Source of the DNA: Octopus bimaculoides
Taxonomy: Eukaryota
Length of the DNA stretch: 49,415 nucleotides
Direction of reading: 5' to 3'
NCBI RefSeq assembly: GCF_001194135.2
Contig: NC_069001.1
Span: 16,284,374 to 16,333,788, forward strand
How positions within the stretch are numbered: the first letter of the stretch is position 1; each line of letters opens with the position of its first letter. Position numbers and translations under genes: made by a program. Under the pieces are notes generated by a model, which saw nothing but the letters and a program-made list of their open reading frames with translations, was not told where the DNA came from and ran no database searches. Shown here piece after piece: positions 22,891 to 34,700 of the stretch.

Positions 22891-23904
22891 ATATATATAT
22901 NNNNNNNNNNNNNNNNNNNNNNNNNNNNNNNNNNNNNNNNNNNNNNNNNNNNNNNNNNNNNNNNNNNNNNNNNNNNNNNNNNNNNNNNNNNNNNNNNNNN
23001 NNNNNNNNNNNNNNNNNNNNNNNNNNNNNNNNNNNNNNNNNNNNNNNNNNNNNNNNNNNNNNNNNNNNNNNNNNNNNNNNNNNNNNNNNNNNNNNNNNNN
23101 NNNNNNNNNNNNNNNNNNNNNNNNNNNNNNNNNNNNNNNNNNNNNNNNNNNNNNNNNNNNNNNNNNNNNNNNNNNNNNNNNNNNNNNNNNNNNNNNNNNN
23201 NNNNNNNNNNNNNNNNNNNNNNNNNNNNNNNNNNNNNNNNNNNNNNNNNNNNNNNNNNNNNNNNNNNNNNNNNNNNNNNNNNNNNNNNNNNNNNNNNNNN
23301 NNNNNNNNNNNNNNNNNNNNNNNNNNNNNNNNNNNNNNNNNNNNNNNNNNNNNNNNNNNNNNNNNNNNNNNNNNNNNNNNNNNNNNNNNNNNNNNNNNNN
23401 NNNNNNNNNNNNNNNNNNNNNNNNNNNNNNNNNNNNNNNNNNNNNNNNNNNNNNNNNNNNNNNNNNNNNNNNNNNNNNNNNNNNNNNNNNNNNNNNNNNN
23501 NNNNNNNNNNNNNNNNNNNNNNNNNNNNNNNNNNNGGGGGGGGGGGGTGAAAAAGAAAATAAAGACATACTACAAGGGTAAAACAGATTCCATGCAATGA
23601 ATATACAACATTGCAATACAATAAAACAGTCAGGACAATAACATAGCTTATTTGATATGATGGAAAAATAAATAAATAAATCAGCAGTGAATATAGATCC
23701 ATAAAAAGTAAACAAAAAAAGGGGGGGGGGATAACAAAAGAGATTAACAGAAAACTGGACTGTCAGCAAATGAGAATCATAGAAGTTATAGATGGACGGT
23801 TTATGATGAATAGTTTTCACCATGAAACCATGGAAATTTATCATTATTATTATTATTGTTATTGTTATTGTTGTTGTTGTTGTTGTTATCATCATCATCA
23901 AGGT

Positions 23905-24336
23905 AAGGGTTGGGAGCTGACAGAGTTGTTAGCATGCTCGACAAAGTGCTCAGTAGCATTTCGTCCATCTTTACGTTCTGAGTTCAAACTCTGATGAGTT
24001 CGACTTTGCCTTTCATCCTTTCAGGGTCGATAAAATAAGTACCAGTTGAACACAGGGGTCAGTCAATCGACTAGTCCCCTCCCCCAAAATATCAGGCCTT
24101 GTGCCTTTAGTAGAAAGGACTAAAGGCAGTGAGCTGGCAGAATCATTAGCATGCTGGACGAAATGCTTAGTAGTATTTCGTCCTTCACTACATTCTAAGT
24201 TCAAATTCTCCCACGGTCAACTTTGCTTTTCATCCTTTCGGGGTTGATGCATTGAGTACTAGTGAAACACTGGGGTCAATATAATCGATTAGTCCCCTCC
24301 CATCAAATTTCAGGTCTTGTGCTTTCAATAGAAGGG

Positions 24337-24375
<39 letters not shown>

Positions 24376-26180
24376 GTTCAGTAGTTTTATTTTTATAACG
24401 TGCTTTCATTTCACTACCGAGCGCAGCTCTGTGTGCCTTGGGTATGTGCTGTGGTTTGCTGTGATGCTCTTATGGTTACTGTATTGAAAGTGTTTTGCCT
24501 AGGATGTGTGCAGTGCCCAATAGTGCAATTTTCTGTATGTTATATATATTTGTAAGTCCTGCTGTTTTTGTTATTTATTTGTCTGAATATTCTTTTTTAT
24601 TATTATTATTATTATTATTGTTATTATTATTATTATTATTAATGTGGTGAGCTGGCAGAATCAATAACATGTTGGGAAAAATGCCTAACAGCAATGTTTT
24701 TTTCAGTTCTTCATGTTCTGAAATCAAATTCCACCAAGGTTGACTTTGCTTTTCATCCTTTCAGGATTGATAAATTAAGTACCAGTGAAACACTTGGGTC
24801 AATGTAATTGACTACTCCCCTCCCCCAAAATTTCAGGCCTTGTACCTTTAGTAAAAAGGATTATCATTATTATTATTATTATTGCAAGTGCTGGTGTCAT
24901 GTAAAATGTATTTATGCTGGTGTTACATTAGAGCACCGGGTGCCTGTAGCATGTAAAGGGTACCCAGCATACTCTGTAAAGTGGATGGTATAAGGAAGGG
25001 TATCCACCCAAAGGAACCATGCCAAAGCAGACAATTGGAGCTCTGATTGGCCAGCTCCTGTCAAACCATCCAACCCACACCAGCTTGGAAAATGGATGTT
25101 AAATGACGATGACTATTAAAAGCTGTGAGCTGGTAGAATTGTTAGCACAGCAGACAAAATGCTAGACAGAATTTCTTCAAGCTCCTTATGTACTGAGTTT
25201 AGATTCTATTGAAGCCAACTTTGCCATTCATTCTTTTGGGTTTGATAAAATAAAAGTACCAGTCAACTACTGGGGTTGATGCAACTCCCTTCAAAATGGC
25301 TGGCCTTCTGCCAAAACTTAAAAAGGATTCTTATTATTATTGTTATTATTATTAAGGCTATGAGCTGGCAGAATCATTAGTACACTGGCCAAAATGCTTA
25401 GTGGTATTTCGCCTGTTGCTACATTCTGAGTTCAAACTCCACAGAGGTCAACTTTGCCTTTCATCCTTACGGGTTCGATCAATTAAGTACTAGTGAAACA
25501 CTGGGGTCAATGTAATCAACTAGTCCCCCTCCCCATAAATTTGAGCCCTTGTGCCTCCAGTAGAAAGGATTATTGTTATTATTATTAAGGTGATGAGCAG
25601 GCAGGACTGTTAGCATGCTGGACAAAATGCTTAGCAGTATTTTGTCTGTGTTTATATTCTGAGATCAAACTTTGCTCAGGTGAACTTTGTTTTCCATTCT
25701 TTTGGGGTCAGTAAAATAAATACCAGTCAAGTACTGGGGTTGATGTAATCAACTTCCCTCTCCCCTCAAAAACTGCTGGCCCTGTACCAAAATTTGAAAC
25801 CCCCATTGTTATTTTGGATTCAAATTCCACATGGTTAACTCTGCTCTTCATCTCTTCAGGGTCATTAAGATAAATACCAGTTGTATACTGGGTCAATGTA
25901 AATGATATACCCACTCCTTTAAAATTGCTGGCCTTATGCCAAAATGTGAAACCATTATCATTATTAGTGGATTAGCAGAAGGTGAAAGATAGGTAGAACT
26001 GTTTGAGCATTGAGTAAAATGCTTTAGAGCAGTTTTATGACTGTGTTCTGAGTTCAAATCCTGTTAAGGCTAGCCTTACTCTATGTCCATCTGAGGTCAA
26101 TAAAATAAAGTGCCAGTCAAATAATGAGATCAATGGTATCAGCTTACCTCTTCACCTCAAAGTTGCTGACCTTGTGCATG
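23905..26180 (+). mobile_element. Head-to-tail array of about 8 SINE family B copies, mostly separated by (ATT)n tails
   Basis: Copies at ~23905, 24122, 24643, 25118, 25353, 25586, 25815 (partial) and 25980. Most carry the head 'aaggc.gtgagctggcagaatc.ttagc..gagttcaaat' and the core 'cctttcatcctttc.gggt.gataaaataagtaccag'. Confidence 0.88.
24376..24592 (-). mobile_element. 3' end of an R4/Dong-clade non-LTR retrotransposon embedded in (TAA)n
   Basis: The - strand reads ITKTAGLTNIYNIQKIALLGTAHILGKTLSIQ* (stop 24478-24476), like the R4/Dong/Rex6 terminal motif 'QK.ALLGTAHILRK.L'. A 3' UTR follows, and there is (TTA)n on both sides. Confidence 0.8.
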
Positions 26181-26194
26181 GCAAAATCATTATG

Positions 26195-26690
26195 ATGATG
26201 ATGATCATTTATCATTTAATGTCCGTTTTCCATGCTGGCATGGGTTGGACAGTTTAACAGATGCTGGCAAGCTGGTGAGCTGTCCAGGCTCCCTGTCTGC
26301 TTTAGCATGGTTTCTATGGTTTGATGCCCTTCCGAACACTAACTACTTTACAGAGTGCAGTGGGTGTTTTTACACTGCACCAGCTTGGGTGCTTTTTTGC
26401 ATGGAACTGGCAGCCATGAGCCTGCAAGGTCAGGAACGCTCAGCTGAAGAGGGATGCAGGGGACATGTCTGTACGCAAGGATGTCTTCGTATTTACTTTG
26501 ACATGTCTTCTCAAGCACAGCAAGCTGCCTGATGTCTCAGTCCCATGTCATCCCCTCTGTGAGGCCCAACATCTGATGATCCTTTCTCACCGCTTCATCT
26601 CATGTTTTCCTGGGTCTACTCCTTCCACACATTCCCTCTACAGAGCTCAGCACATCTTGATGAAACTGTCTTCATACAGTGTTGGAAAAA
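26195..26690 (-). mobile_element. RTE LINE 3' end (C-terminal coding remnant, 3' UTR and (GAT)n tail)
   Basis: The - strand reads VEGMCGRSRPRKT*DEAVRKDHQMLGLTEGMTWD, then the shared tail 'gtccaacccatgccagcatggaaaacggacattaaatga'. Confidence 0.8.
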
Positions 26691-28562
26691 ATGCTTTACA
26701 GCATTTATTCTGGTTCTTTTATCTTTTACTTGTTTCAATCATTAGACTATGGCCATGCTGGAGCACCACCTTGAAGAATTTTTAGTCAAATGAATTGACC
26801 CCTAGTATTTATCTTTTAAGTTTGGCACTTATTCTGGCAGGCTCTTTTGCTGAACCACTAAGTCACAGGAACGTAAACACACCAATACCAGTTCTAAAGT
26901 GGTGATGGGAGACAAACACACACACACATATACACAATGGATTTTTCAGTTACTGTCTTCCAAATCCATTCACATGGCTTTGGAACTGAACCTGGAATCA
27001 TATGCTTGGTAAGCAAGCTTCTTACCACACAGACACACCTGCATCTATATATGTTTTTTTTTCCAAGTTCAGATTCTGCTAAGATCAGCTTCATGTTTCA
27101 TCCTTCCAGGGTTGATAAAATAAAGTAACAGTCAAGAATAAAAAAAAAATTCAGGGAAATATAAAGCATACTTTTTATCCTTCTGAAATTCTAGGATTAT
27201 TTTCTATCTTATATTTGATAAGGGGAAGCTTTCCCAAAATATAATAGAAATATTAAATAACCTTTGTAGGGTGATACATTGTAGGTAACATTTCCTCATG
27301 GGCAGACATGTTATGGAAGACTGGAAACCAACAACACTGCTTGTATGATGGTGATGCCCGTTTACAATTGCATGATGTCTAGGCAAGGGTACACACAAAC
27401 ATATATGTGTATGTATGTACATGATGTTTCAGTTTCTGATTTCTTTATTGCCCACAAGGGGCTAAACATAGAGGGGACAAACAAGGACAGACAAAGGGAT
27501 TAAGTCAATTACATCGACCCCAGTGCATAACTGGTACTTAATTTATCGACCCCAAAAGGATGAAAGGCAAAAATCGACCTCAGCAGAGTTTGAACTCAGA
27601 ACGTCACGGCAGACAAAGTAGTACTAAGCATTTCACTCAGCGCGCTAACGTTTCTGCCAGCTTGTCACCTTAGTTTCTATCTACCAAATTTCAGTTTCTA
27701 TCTACCAAATCCATTCACAAGGTTTTGGTTGGTCCAAGGTTATAGTAGAAGACACTTACTCACAGTCAGACTAAACCCAAACCATATGAATTGGAAGTAA
27801 GCTTCTTAACCAGACAGCCAAGCCTGCAACTAGTCTAGACAAGAAAAGAGATCCAGCAGAATGGTTAGAATTTGGAAACTTTTTGATCAGTAGGTCTGCT
27901 TGATTAGGACTGACTCGGGATAAACAACAATAAAAAAACAGAGTAGTCAGATACACAGATATACAAACATTTTGTAAAACTTGAAAAAGATCATTAACAA
28001 GCCATCTCAAATTTACTCAATTGCTAAAATAGCCAAAGCAAGGAAGAAAAATCCTAAATTCCTAAAAATTGAGTGGAAGAAAGAATTCCAGAAATCTTAC
28101 ACCTATTACATGACTTTCCGATTCTCTACGAGAGAAAGAAAACAAAATTTCTTGTTCACCATAACTCTTTTACCTAACTCTTGCCCCATTAAACATAGTT
28201 CTAAACTTTAGATGAATGCTTCTCAAATTCCACCACCCACACTGCCAGTGCCATCGCCGCCACCTCTTCTGCATAGCCACCAACACCATTTTTAAAGCTA
28301 CAGTAACCACCCACTTCCTCTTGCTCCACTGACCACAAGCCAACTAGGCAATATCTATATTGTTGCTCAACCAGCTAGCAGCCAAACCTCTTTCAGATCA
28401 TATCCCTGCTATCTTGAATAAGGAAAGAGTACATTAGATTAGTGGTACTCAACCTTTTGTAGTTCAGTGACTCTTTCCACTAAAAAGCTTTTTATAAACA
28501 CACCTCATCTAACGTTTTGCCAAATAAATAAATTCTTTCTAATTTTGGCACAAATAAATATA

Positions 28563-29043
28563 TCTATAATGATAAAAGCAAAATATTGTCTGTCTGTCTG
28601 AGACCCCTGTATCTCAGTCTATACTTGCTCTTCCTAGTCATATTATACCTTTTTGGAATCAAGATGATCCCAGGATTGAAAATCTGTCCTCCATTTGGTT
28701 TTTGAATATCCAGCATTAGGATCTGATTTTAAAACATTTGGGTTGCTATTTCTAGCAGTTAATGCTTGGCCAATTCATGCCATCTTGGTTGGCGTTTGTC
28801 AGATGATACCAGAGATCAAGGGGGTGATAAAGGACATTCGCTTCATTAATTTTATGTCAAGATAAGAACTTTGGGACAAACTGGCCAACAGTCAGAATTC
28901 AATTTGGGACAAGAACAATAGTATGATTGCATTACAGAATTAATTCTCATCTGTCCTTAGCTTCTGATCAAACACCATAGGCTCAATTAGCCCTCCACAA
29001 GAGCTAGCTAGAAAATCTGCACAGAGTGCAGCTTTTAAGCTAA
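28563..29043 (+). mobile_element. Non-autonomous Helitron-like element
   Basis: A|TC 5' end 'tctataatgataaaagc..tgtctgtctgtctg'. 3' hairpin CTGCAC-AGA-GTGCAG (29017-29031), followed 8 nt later by CTAA|T (CTRR terminus). Confidence 0.65.
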
Positions 29044-29614
29044 TAAATAAATAAAAACAAAATTGATATCTAAAAACCAAGGTACCACATAAAAAGCATT
29101 AGTGTGAGTGCTTTGTTTGGGTTCTTTTTAGAGAGAGAGAAAGTGTCCCCAGATATTCATGGAACCCTTCTTTGGCTTTCTGGTTCTCAGACTGATGCAT
29201 AGACTGAACTTCTATCTTCTAGGATCTGCTTGTGAGCTTCAATACCCTTAAGGGGTGCTACCATCTTTAAAAAAAACAGGATGGGTGTGGCAAGAATGTC
29301 TCCAATCAAAAGCTATTTAACCAGAAATATCAGTTACAATGCCCTCTAATCCAAAATTTTTATCTATCCAAAGCTTATTTGTCCATTTTTACATCTGTCT
29401 TTCCATGCTATTGTAGGTTATCAAAGTATTGTTTTACAGCTGGATGCCTGCCCTGATGCTAACCCTTACCTGTTTTTCAGGTAAGAGATCTCTTATTTTA
29501 CCTGGTTTCAAAGGCATGAAATGAGTGATTTATTGATAAATGGATGTTGTGACTTTTGATTAAGCAGGTGGTAGATGTAAACACAATACAACGCACCGCA
29601 CCGCACCGCACCGC

Positions 29615-29645
<31 letters not shown>

Positions 29646-30206
29646 TTCTGGCAGCTTGCAAAAAAATAATAACAGAAGTTAGTTGCTCATACTGACCCTA
29701 GTATTTGACTGGTATGCTATTTTGTTGACCCCTGGAGGATGAAAAGCAAAGGTGGCCTCAGTGAACACAGAATATAAAGAGCCAGAACAAATATCAAAAA
29801 GCATTTTTCCCAAAACTCTAAAGATCCTGCTAAGCTGGCAGAATTGTTAGCAAAATGACACTTAGTGACTTTTGCCTTTCATCCTTTCAGGGTTGATTAA
29901 ATAAGTACCAGTTGGACACTGGGGATCAATGTAATCAACTGACCCCAACTTCCACTAAACTACTGGCCTTGTGCCAAAATTTGAAACCAATAATAATAAT
30001 AATAATAGTAATAATAATAATAATAATACTTTCAAACTTTGGCACAAGAATATGGCTACCATTATTGGAACAAGTACATTCTTTATCAACTTCAGACAGA
30101 TTAAATGCAAACTAGTCCTTGGCAATATTTATACTCAGAGCATAAAAAGATATTGTTAAATACCAAAAGGTATTTTGTCCACCACTTTACTGCTTCTAGC
30201 AATCTA

Positions 30207-30460
30207 CTTACTGCCCTTTTAATGATGGTGGAGGTAATGATGATGACGGTGATGGTGGTGGTGGTAGTAGTTGTGGTGATAGTGATGAGTGGTGGTAGTG
30301 ATGATGATGATGATGATGACTGACGTAAAATGGTTTAAATGTGGTATATGTAGCAAAGCAGTGGAGTTGGAGATATAACAGATGATACAATACATTTCAA
30401 AGTAGTAGAAGGTACTGACAATGATGCTGATGATGATGATGACAGCAGCGGTGATGGTTT
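30207..30460. repeat. Degenerate (GAT)n/(GGT)n trinucleotide tract
   Basis: Runs of gatgatgat, ggtggtggt and gtagtagtt, preceded by (AAT)n at 29990-30028. Confidence 0.85.
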
Positions 30461-31449
30461 TTGTTGATATTAACAAAGAAGAGATAAATAATAACTACAG
30501 TGTTTCAGATTACTCAGACCTAACAAAAACGAAAAAAAAGTATTTTTAAAATTAAAAATCTGACTAGATGGAAAAGATATAGCAAGGTTGGCAGTAATAA
30601 TGTACAATACACTACAAACAAATGGTGAAATTGTCTGCTAGAAACAGTACCTAAAGCCCCTAAAGGCACAGAAATATAGGACATACCTACATACACACTA
30701 ACATCCAGATAAAGACCTACTGCATAGATACCATTAACCCTAAAAGCATTCTAAATTTTTAAGATGTCAGCCAAGTGAATGTGGTTAGATTGCTGAGGCC
30801 TATGTGGACATGTAATAAAATCTGTCACTCCAAACAGTCTCCAGACAACAGGAATATATGGCAAACACCTATACATAAGGATTGGTAGATAAAGGCAAAC
30901 TGCAGTTATATCACTGTTAACCTAGAACACAAACATTTCAGCGATGGAAACAGAAGAGAATGCAGAGAGGCAACATTTCCTTATTTCTCACCAATTGTCT
31001 TAAGGAAAAAAAAAAAGGCAGGGTACAGCAAATAATGTAGTGTTGGATATACAAAAAAGACAGAATGGTCAAAACTGGAAAGTCTTTGTGCCGTAGGTCT
31101 TGCTCAGGGAAGGCTAACTATTGTATTAAATAAACAACGTCTGTAAATCTTGTAAACAAATAACCAGCAAATGTTTCACCCAAAACTATGTTAATGCCAG
31201 CAGGTTATGAAGGCAAGTCTTCAGCAGCTGGAGAAAATCACCCAACATCATTAATTAGAAATAATTACCATATCTGATGGCATATAAGACCCATTCTTTT
31301 CTCCAAGAAGATATGGTTCAAAAATAGCTCTGGGTCTTATATGTAAAGTCAAAGTGTCTACAAGAATAATGTTTATCCAGGTGCCTTGGACTGGCAGTAC
31401 TTCTACCTAGCTGTAATGTTATTTTATTATCATAATTATTAGAAAAACA

Positions 31450-31865
31450 GCATTTTGTCCATCTTTACATTCTAAGTTCAACTTCCACCAAGGTTGACTT
31501 TGCTTTTCATCCTTTTGAGGTTGATAAAATAAGTACCAGTTGAGCACTAGGGTGGGGTCAATGTAATCGACTTATCCCCTCCCCTGAAATTGCTGACCAT
31601 GTGCCAAAATTTGAAACCATTATCATAATTATTAAGGTGGTAAGCGAGCAGAATTGTTAGAGTGTCAGAATAAATGTTCTGAGGTATTTCTTCCAATTCT
31701 TTATGTTATGAGTTCAAACCCCACTGAGGTCAGCTTTACCTTTCATCCCTGCAGGGATGATAAAAATAAAGTACAAATCAAATGCTAAGGTCAACAGTAT
31801 TCACTACTCCTCAAAATTGCTGGCCTTTGCCTAAATTAGATACTTACATTATATTACTACTACTA
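31450..31865 (+). mobile_element. Two tandem SINE family B copies
   Basis: Same core and tail motifs as the 23.9-26.2 kb array; the second copy ends in (ACT)n. Confidence 0.75.
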
Positions 31866-32188
31866 CTACTACTAAAATGGATTTGTTATAAGAATAAATG
31901 AAGCTGAATTTTTATTCAAAACCAAACACTTAAACTCAGAATTGTCAAAACATGAAATAAACCGATGCTGTATTCTTAAAAAATTCCATGCTTCCTGAAA
32001 TTTGTTTTATGCACCCTTTCTTCTTTAAGACTGTTACTGCTCACTTTTCTTTTTAAGGGTTTCATCCGACAATTTTAGCCTTCGTTGTTGTCTTTCTTTA
32101 CTTAAAATATTGCTGCTTCCTATCCTATCTTCTTCCCTTTTCTGATGCATTGCAATACATCTAAGCACTGTATACTATAATAAGATCA

Positions 32189-32425
32189 TCTATATATATA
32201 TAAAACAAAGGATGTGTGTGTATGTGTAGTACATATGCATTTCTACAGTTTTCAACTGATTTTCACCAAACTTTACACACACATTACTTATGTGCCAAGG
32301 ATGGTTATGCTCTATAACATTTTGCCCAGGGCTCCCGCATAAAGCAAGAAACCAAGAAAAGCAGTGTTTTACATGGGTCTTTCTCTAAAACCTTCTGCAG
32401 TTTTCAACCAATTCTCTTCTTTTTC
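32189..32425 (+). mobile_element. Helitron-type 5' end
   Basis: A|TCTATATATATATAAAACAAAGGATGTGTGTG..., with two internal copies of 'ttct.cagttttcaac..att'. Truncated by the RTE insertion. Confidence 0.6.
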
Positions 32426-32494
32426 TCTCTGTATTTATTTCTCACTTCTCTCTCTTTTTCTCATTCTCTATTTCTCTTGATGATGAATTCCAAT

Positions 32495-33060
32495 ATTTTA
32501 AATCCAGGTTTATCCCCATTAACAGGAGTGGCCGGATTTACCTCGCTCTTACAGTAACCGCTCCGACACCATCTCACTAAGTTTTGGGCGTCCTCCCTCC
32601 TCAAGCCAACCTTCCCAATCTCCTGCTCCACCTGTCTTCTCCACATTTTGTTTTGGTCGACCTCGCTTTCATGGTTCATTCGCTTTAAACTCAAACACTC
32701 ACCTCAGAACATGGTCCTCGTCCCTCCTCAACACATATCCATGACACCGCACTCCATTCACCTTTGCCAACTGCTCCACCAACTTCTCCAACCCCAGCAT
32801 CCCCATCAAGCCCTCAGCCTTCCTTTTATCCAATAGTTTCACACCACACATTGCTCTCTCGGTCCTTCTCAAAATTGCCATTTCACTTTCCCTCAGACAC
32901 CATGTCTCACTCCCATACAACATTGCAGATCTCACACAACTCCGATAAACCCTTCCTTTCATCTTCAAGAAGAACCTTTTCCCATATAATAATGCTCCAC
33001 ATTCCCTGAACTTCACCCAGCCAAGTGTTTCTCTTGCTTACGATATTCTCTCTCACCCTC
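32495..33060 (-). mobile_element. RTE-clade LINE C-terminal fragment
   Basis: KFRECGALLYGKRFFLKMKGRVYRSCVRSAMLYGSETWCLRESEMAILRRTERAMCGVKL...VRCHGYVLRRDEDHVLR, then RRQVEQEIGKVGLRREDAQNLVRW. Confidence 0.92.
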
Positions 33061-33169
33061 TGTAATAGTTCCTCTCTTTTAGTCTATGTCTGTTTCTTTC
33101 TATTTTTTTCTAGAGCTTTATATGCTCAAACAGGGATTATAAGTTCTGTCTACAAAATGACTTCCTTGT

Positions 33170-34112
33170 TTATATATATATAAAATTCTTTGTCTGTATG
33201 TCTGTCTGTTCCCTTTACCATCTCAAACAGCTTGACCAAATCAAATCAAATTTCACATGGTAATAGTATCAGACCCCGTGAGTTTCAACATGTAATTTTT
33301 CTTTTCATTTGGATTAAAATGATATAACATTGGCACTGGTTCAGTATTACATGTCAAAAGCGAAAGAATAACATCTATATTGTAATGTGATATAATAGTG
33401 TTACGCTTTTATTCTTTCACTTTTCATTCTACTGGGATAAATAAATAAATAATTTATTTATGTGAACAACATTACACATCAGCAACTTTCCATCTTTACC
33501 AGCATGACAGTGGAATGGTGTGTCAGCGTGTGTGTGTGTGTGTGTTGACTGACATAATGAACAGCTGGAGGTGAAACTCTTGACAAAAAACAATTAGGTG
33601 GCAGGTCCAAGGTATATAAAAATACACATTTACCATTCAATTACCAGTTCATAATTATCACAGCAATTGCAAAGTTGCAAGGTATTTACATTTACATATT
33701 TACCACTAAATTAATGGAGTTTCAATAGAGAAGGGAACTGAGACATTCCCACCATCAGCAAACGCATGCAGCAGCACATCAAATGGAATCTCAAGACAGA
33801 AGTGAGATGAGACTTTCCCAAGATCAGCAAAGGCATGCTGCAGTATGTCAGATGGAGTCTGAAGAGAGAAGCAAGATGAGACTTTCTCAAGTTTAGCAAA
33901 AGTATGCACATACCCACCACCCACAATTTTCCATGATAAGTCAGAGCCTGGAATACTCCAAATGGACGAGTGACAAGTCACTTAGTTGAATTAGCCCATT
34001 ATATACTCCACAAATGCTGCACTTTCCCATATCACCTGCTTCAACATAGCCATAATATATATATACAAACTATGCCATTGTAATCCCAAGCAATGCTGGG
34101 TATCTCTGCTAG
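33170..34112 (+). mobile_element. Non-autonomous Helitron carrying a decayed STPR-like repeat
   Basis: The 5' end resembles a Helitron start ('tatatatatataaaattctttgtctgtatgtctgtctg', with the TC eroded). The 3' end is canonical: hairpin CCCAAGCAATGCTGGG (34085-34100), 8 nt, then CTAG|T (34109-34113). Confidence 0.8.
33714..33920 (+). pseudogene. Three tandem 69-bp (23-codon) repeats, STPR-domain-like, with stops
   Basis: MEFQ*RRELRHSHHQQTHAAAHQ / MESQDRSEMRLSQDQQRHAAVCQ / MESEERSKMRLSQV*QKYAHTHH. Exact 69-bp period with E(S/T)xExRxxRL spacing. Confidence 0.7.
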
Positions 34113-34559
34113 TTATTACTATTTTTAAAGTGTCAAACCACAAGGACTGTCTTATATATCTAGGACTATGCTGTTCAATGTATACTTCCTTTTTTATAAG
34201 GGATCATTTTTAAAGAGATTCTGGATGTTATTTATAATAGGTTGAACAGCTGCATAGTAAGATTCTCATTGGTTCATCCAATAGCATTGTTTTCATAAAC
34301 AAAATCTCTAAAACAATACAAATAGTAAACTTGAATCTCCTCATCACTAGCATGCTGGACAAAATGCTTAGCGGCATTTCATCCATCTTTACATTCTGAG
34401 TTCAAATTCCGCCAAGATTGACTTTTCCTTTCATCCCTTCAGGGTTGATAAAATAAGTACCAGTTGAGCATTGAGGTTGATGTAATTGACTTACACACTC
34501 CCCTGAAATTGCTGGCCTTGTGCCAAAATTTGAAACTAATATACTCCTGGCTTCTGAGT

Positions 34560-34700
34560 TCTTTTACAAGGCTTAGAAAAACTGAAGGACTGCTGCAACA
34601 AGTGTGTGAATCTGAGAGGTGAATATGTTGAGTAAAATCATAATTAACTGATCCTCCTATATTTTCTTTTGCCCAAAGCCAAAAGCTTTTCGGCAGCCCC
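34560..34700 (+). mobile_element. mariner 3' remnant
   Basis: Reads ..DCCNKCVNLRGEYVE*, followed by the TIR-like end 'aagcttttcggcagcccca|ta'. Confidence 0.6.

Noticed and set aside
22843-23901. Long ORFs in the track spanning N runs (also ~3.2-3.9, 6.9-7.4, 15.0-15.5, 38.7-39.2, 40.1-40.9, 42.1-42.8 and 43.2-43.6 kb)
   Set aside because: They are open only because N codons and microsatellites contain no stops.
29971-30476. Poly-N/H/D/V ORFs suggesting a low-complexity protein
   Set aside because: Trinucleotide tracts (SINE tails and GAT/GGT runs) with no splice or domain support.
31281-31343. 13-bp inverted repeat as a pre-miRNA
   Set aside because: The stem is too short and the interior does not pair. 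The motif (ataagaccca/tgggtcttat) resembles the pogo-like MITE ends at 9785-9960.
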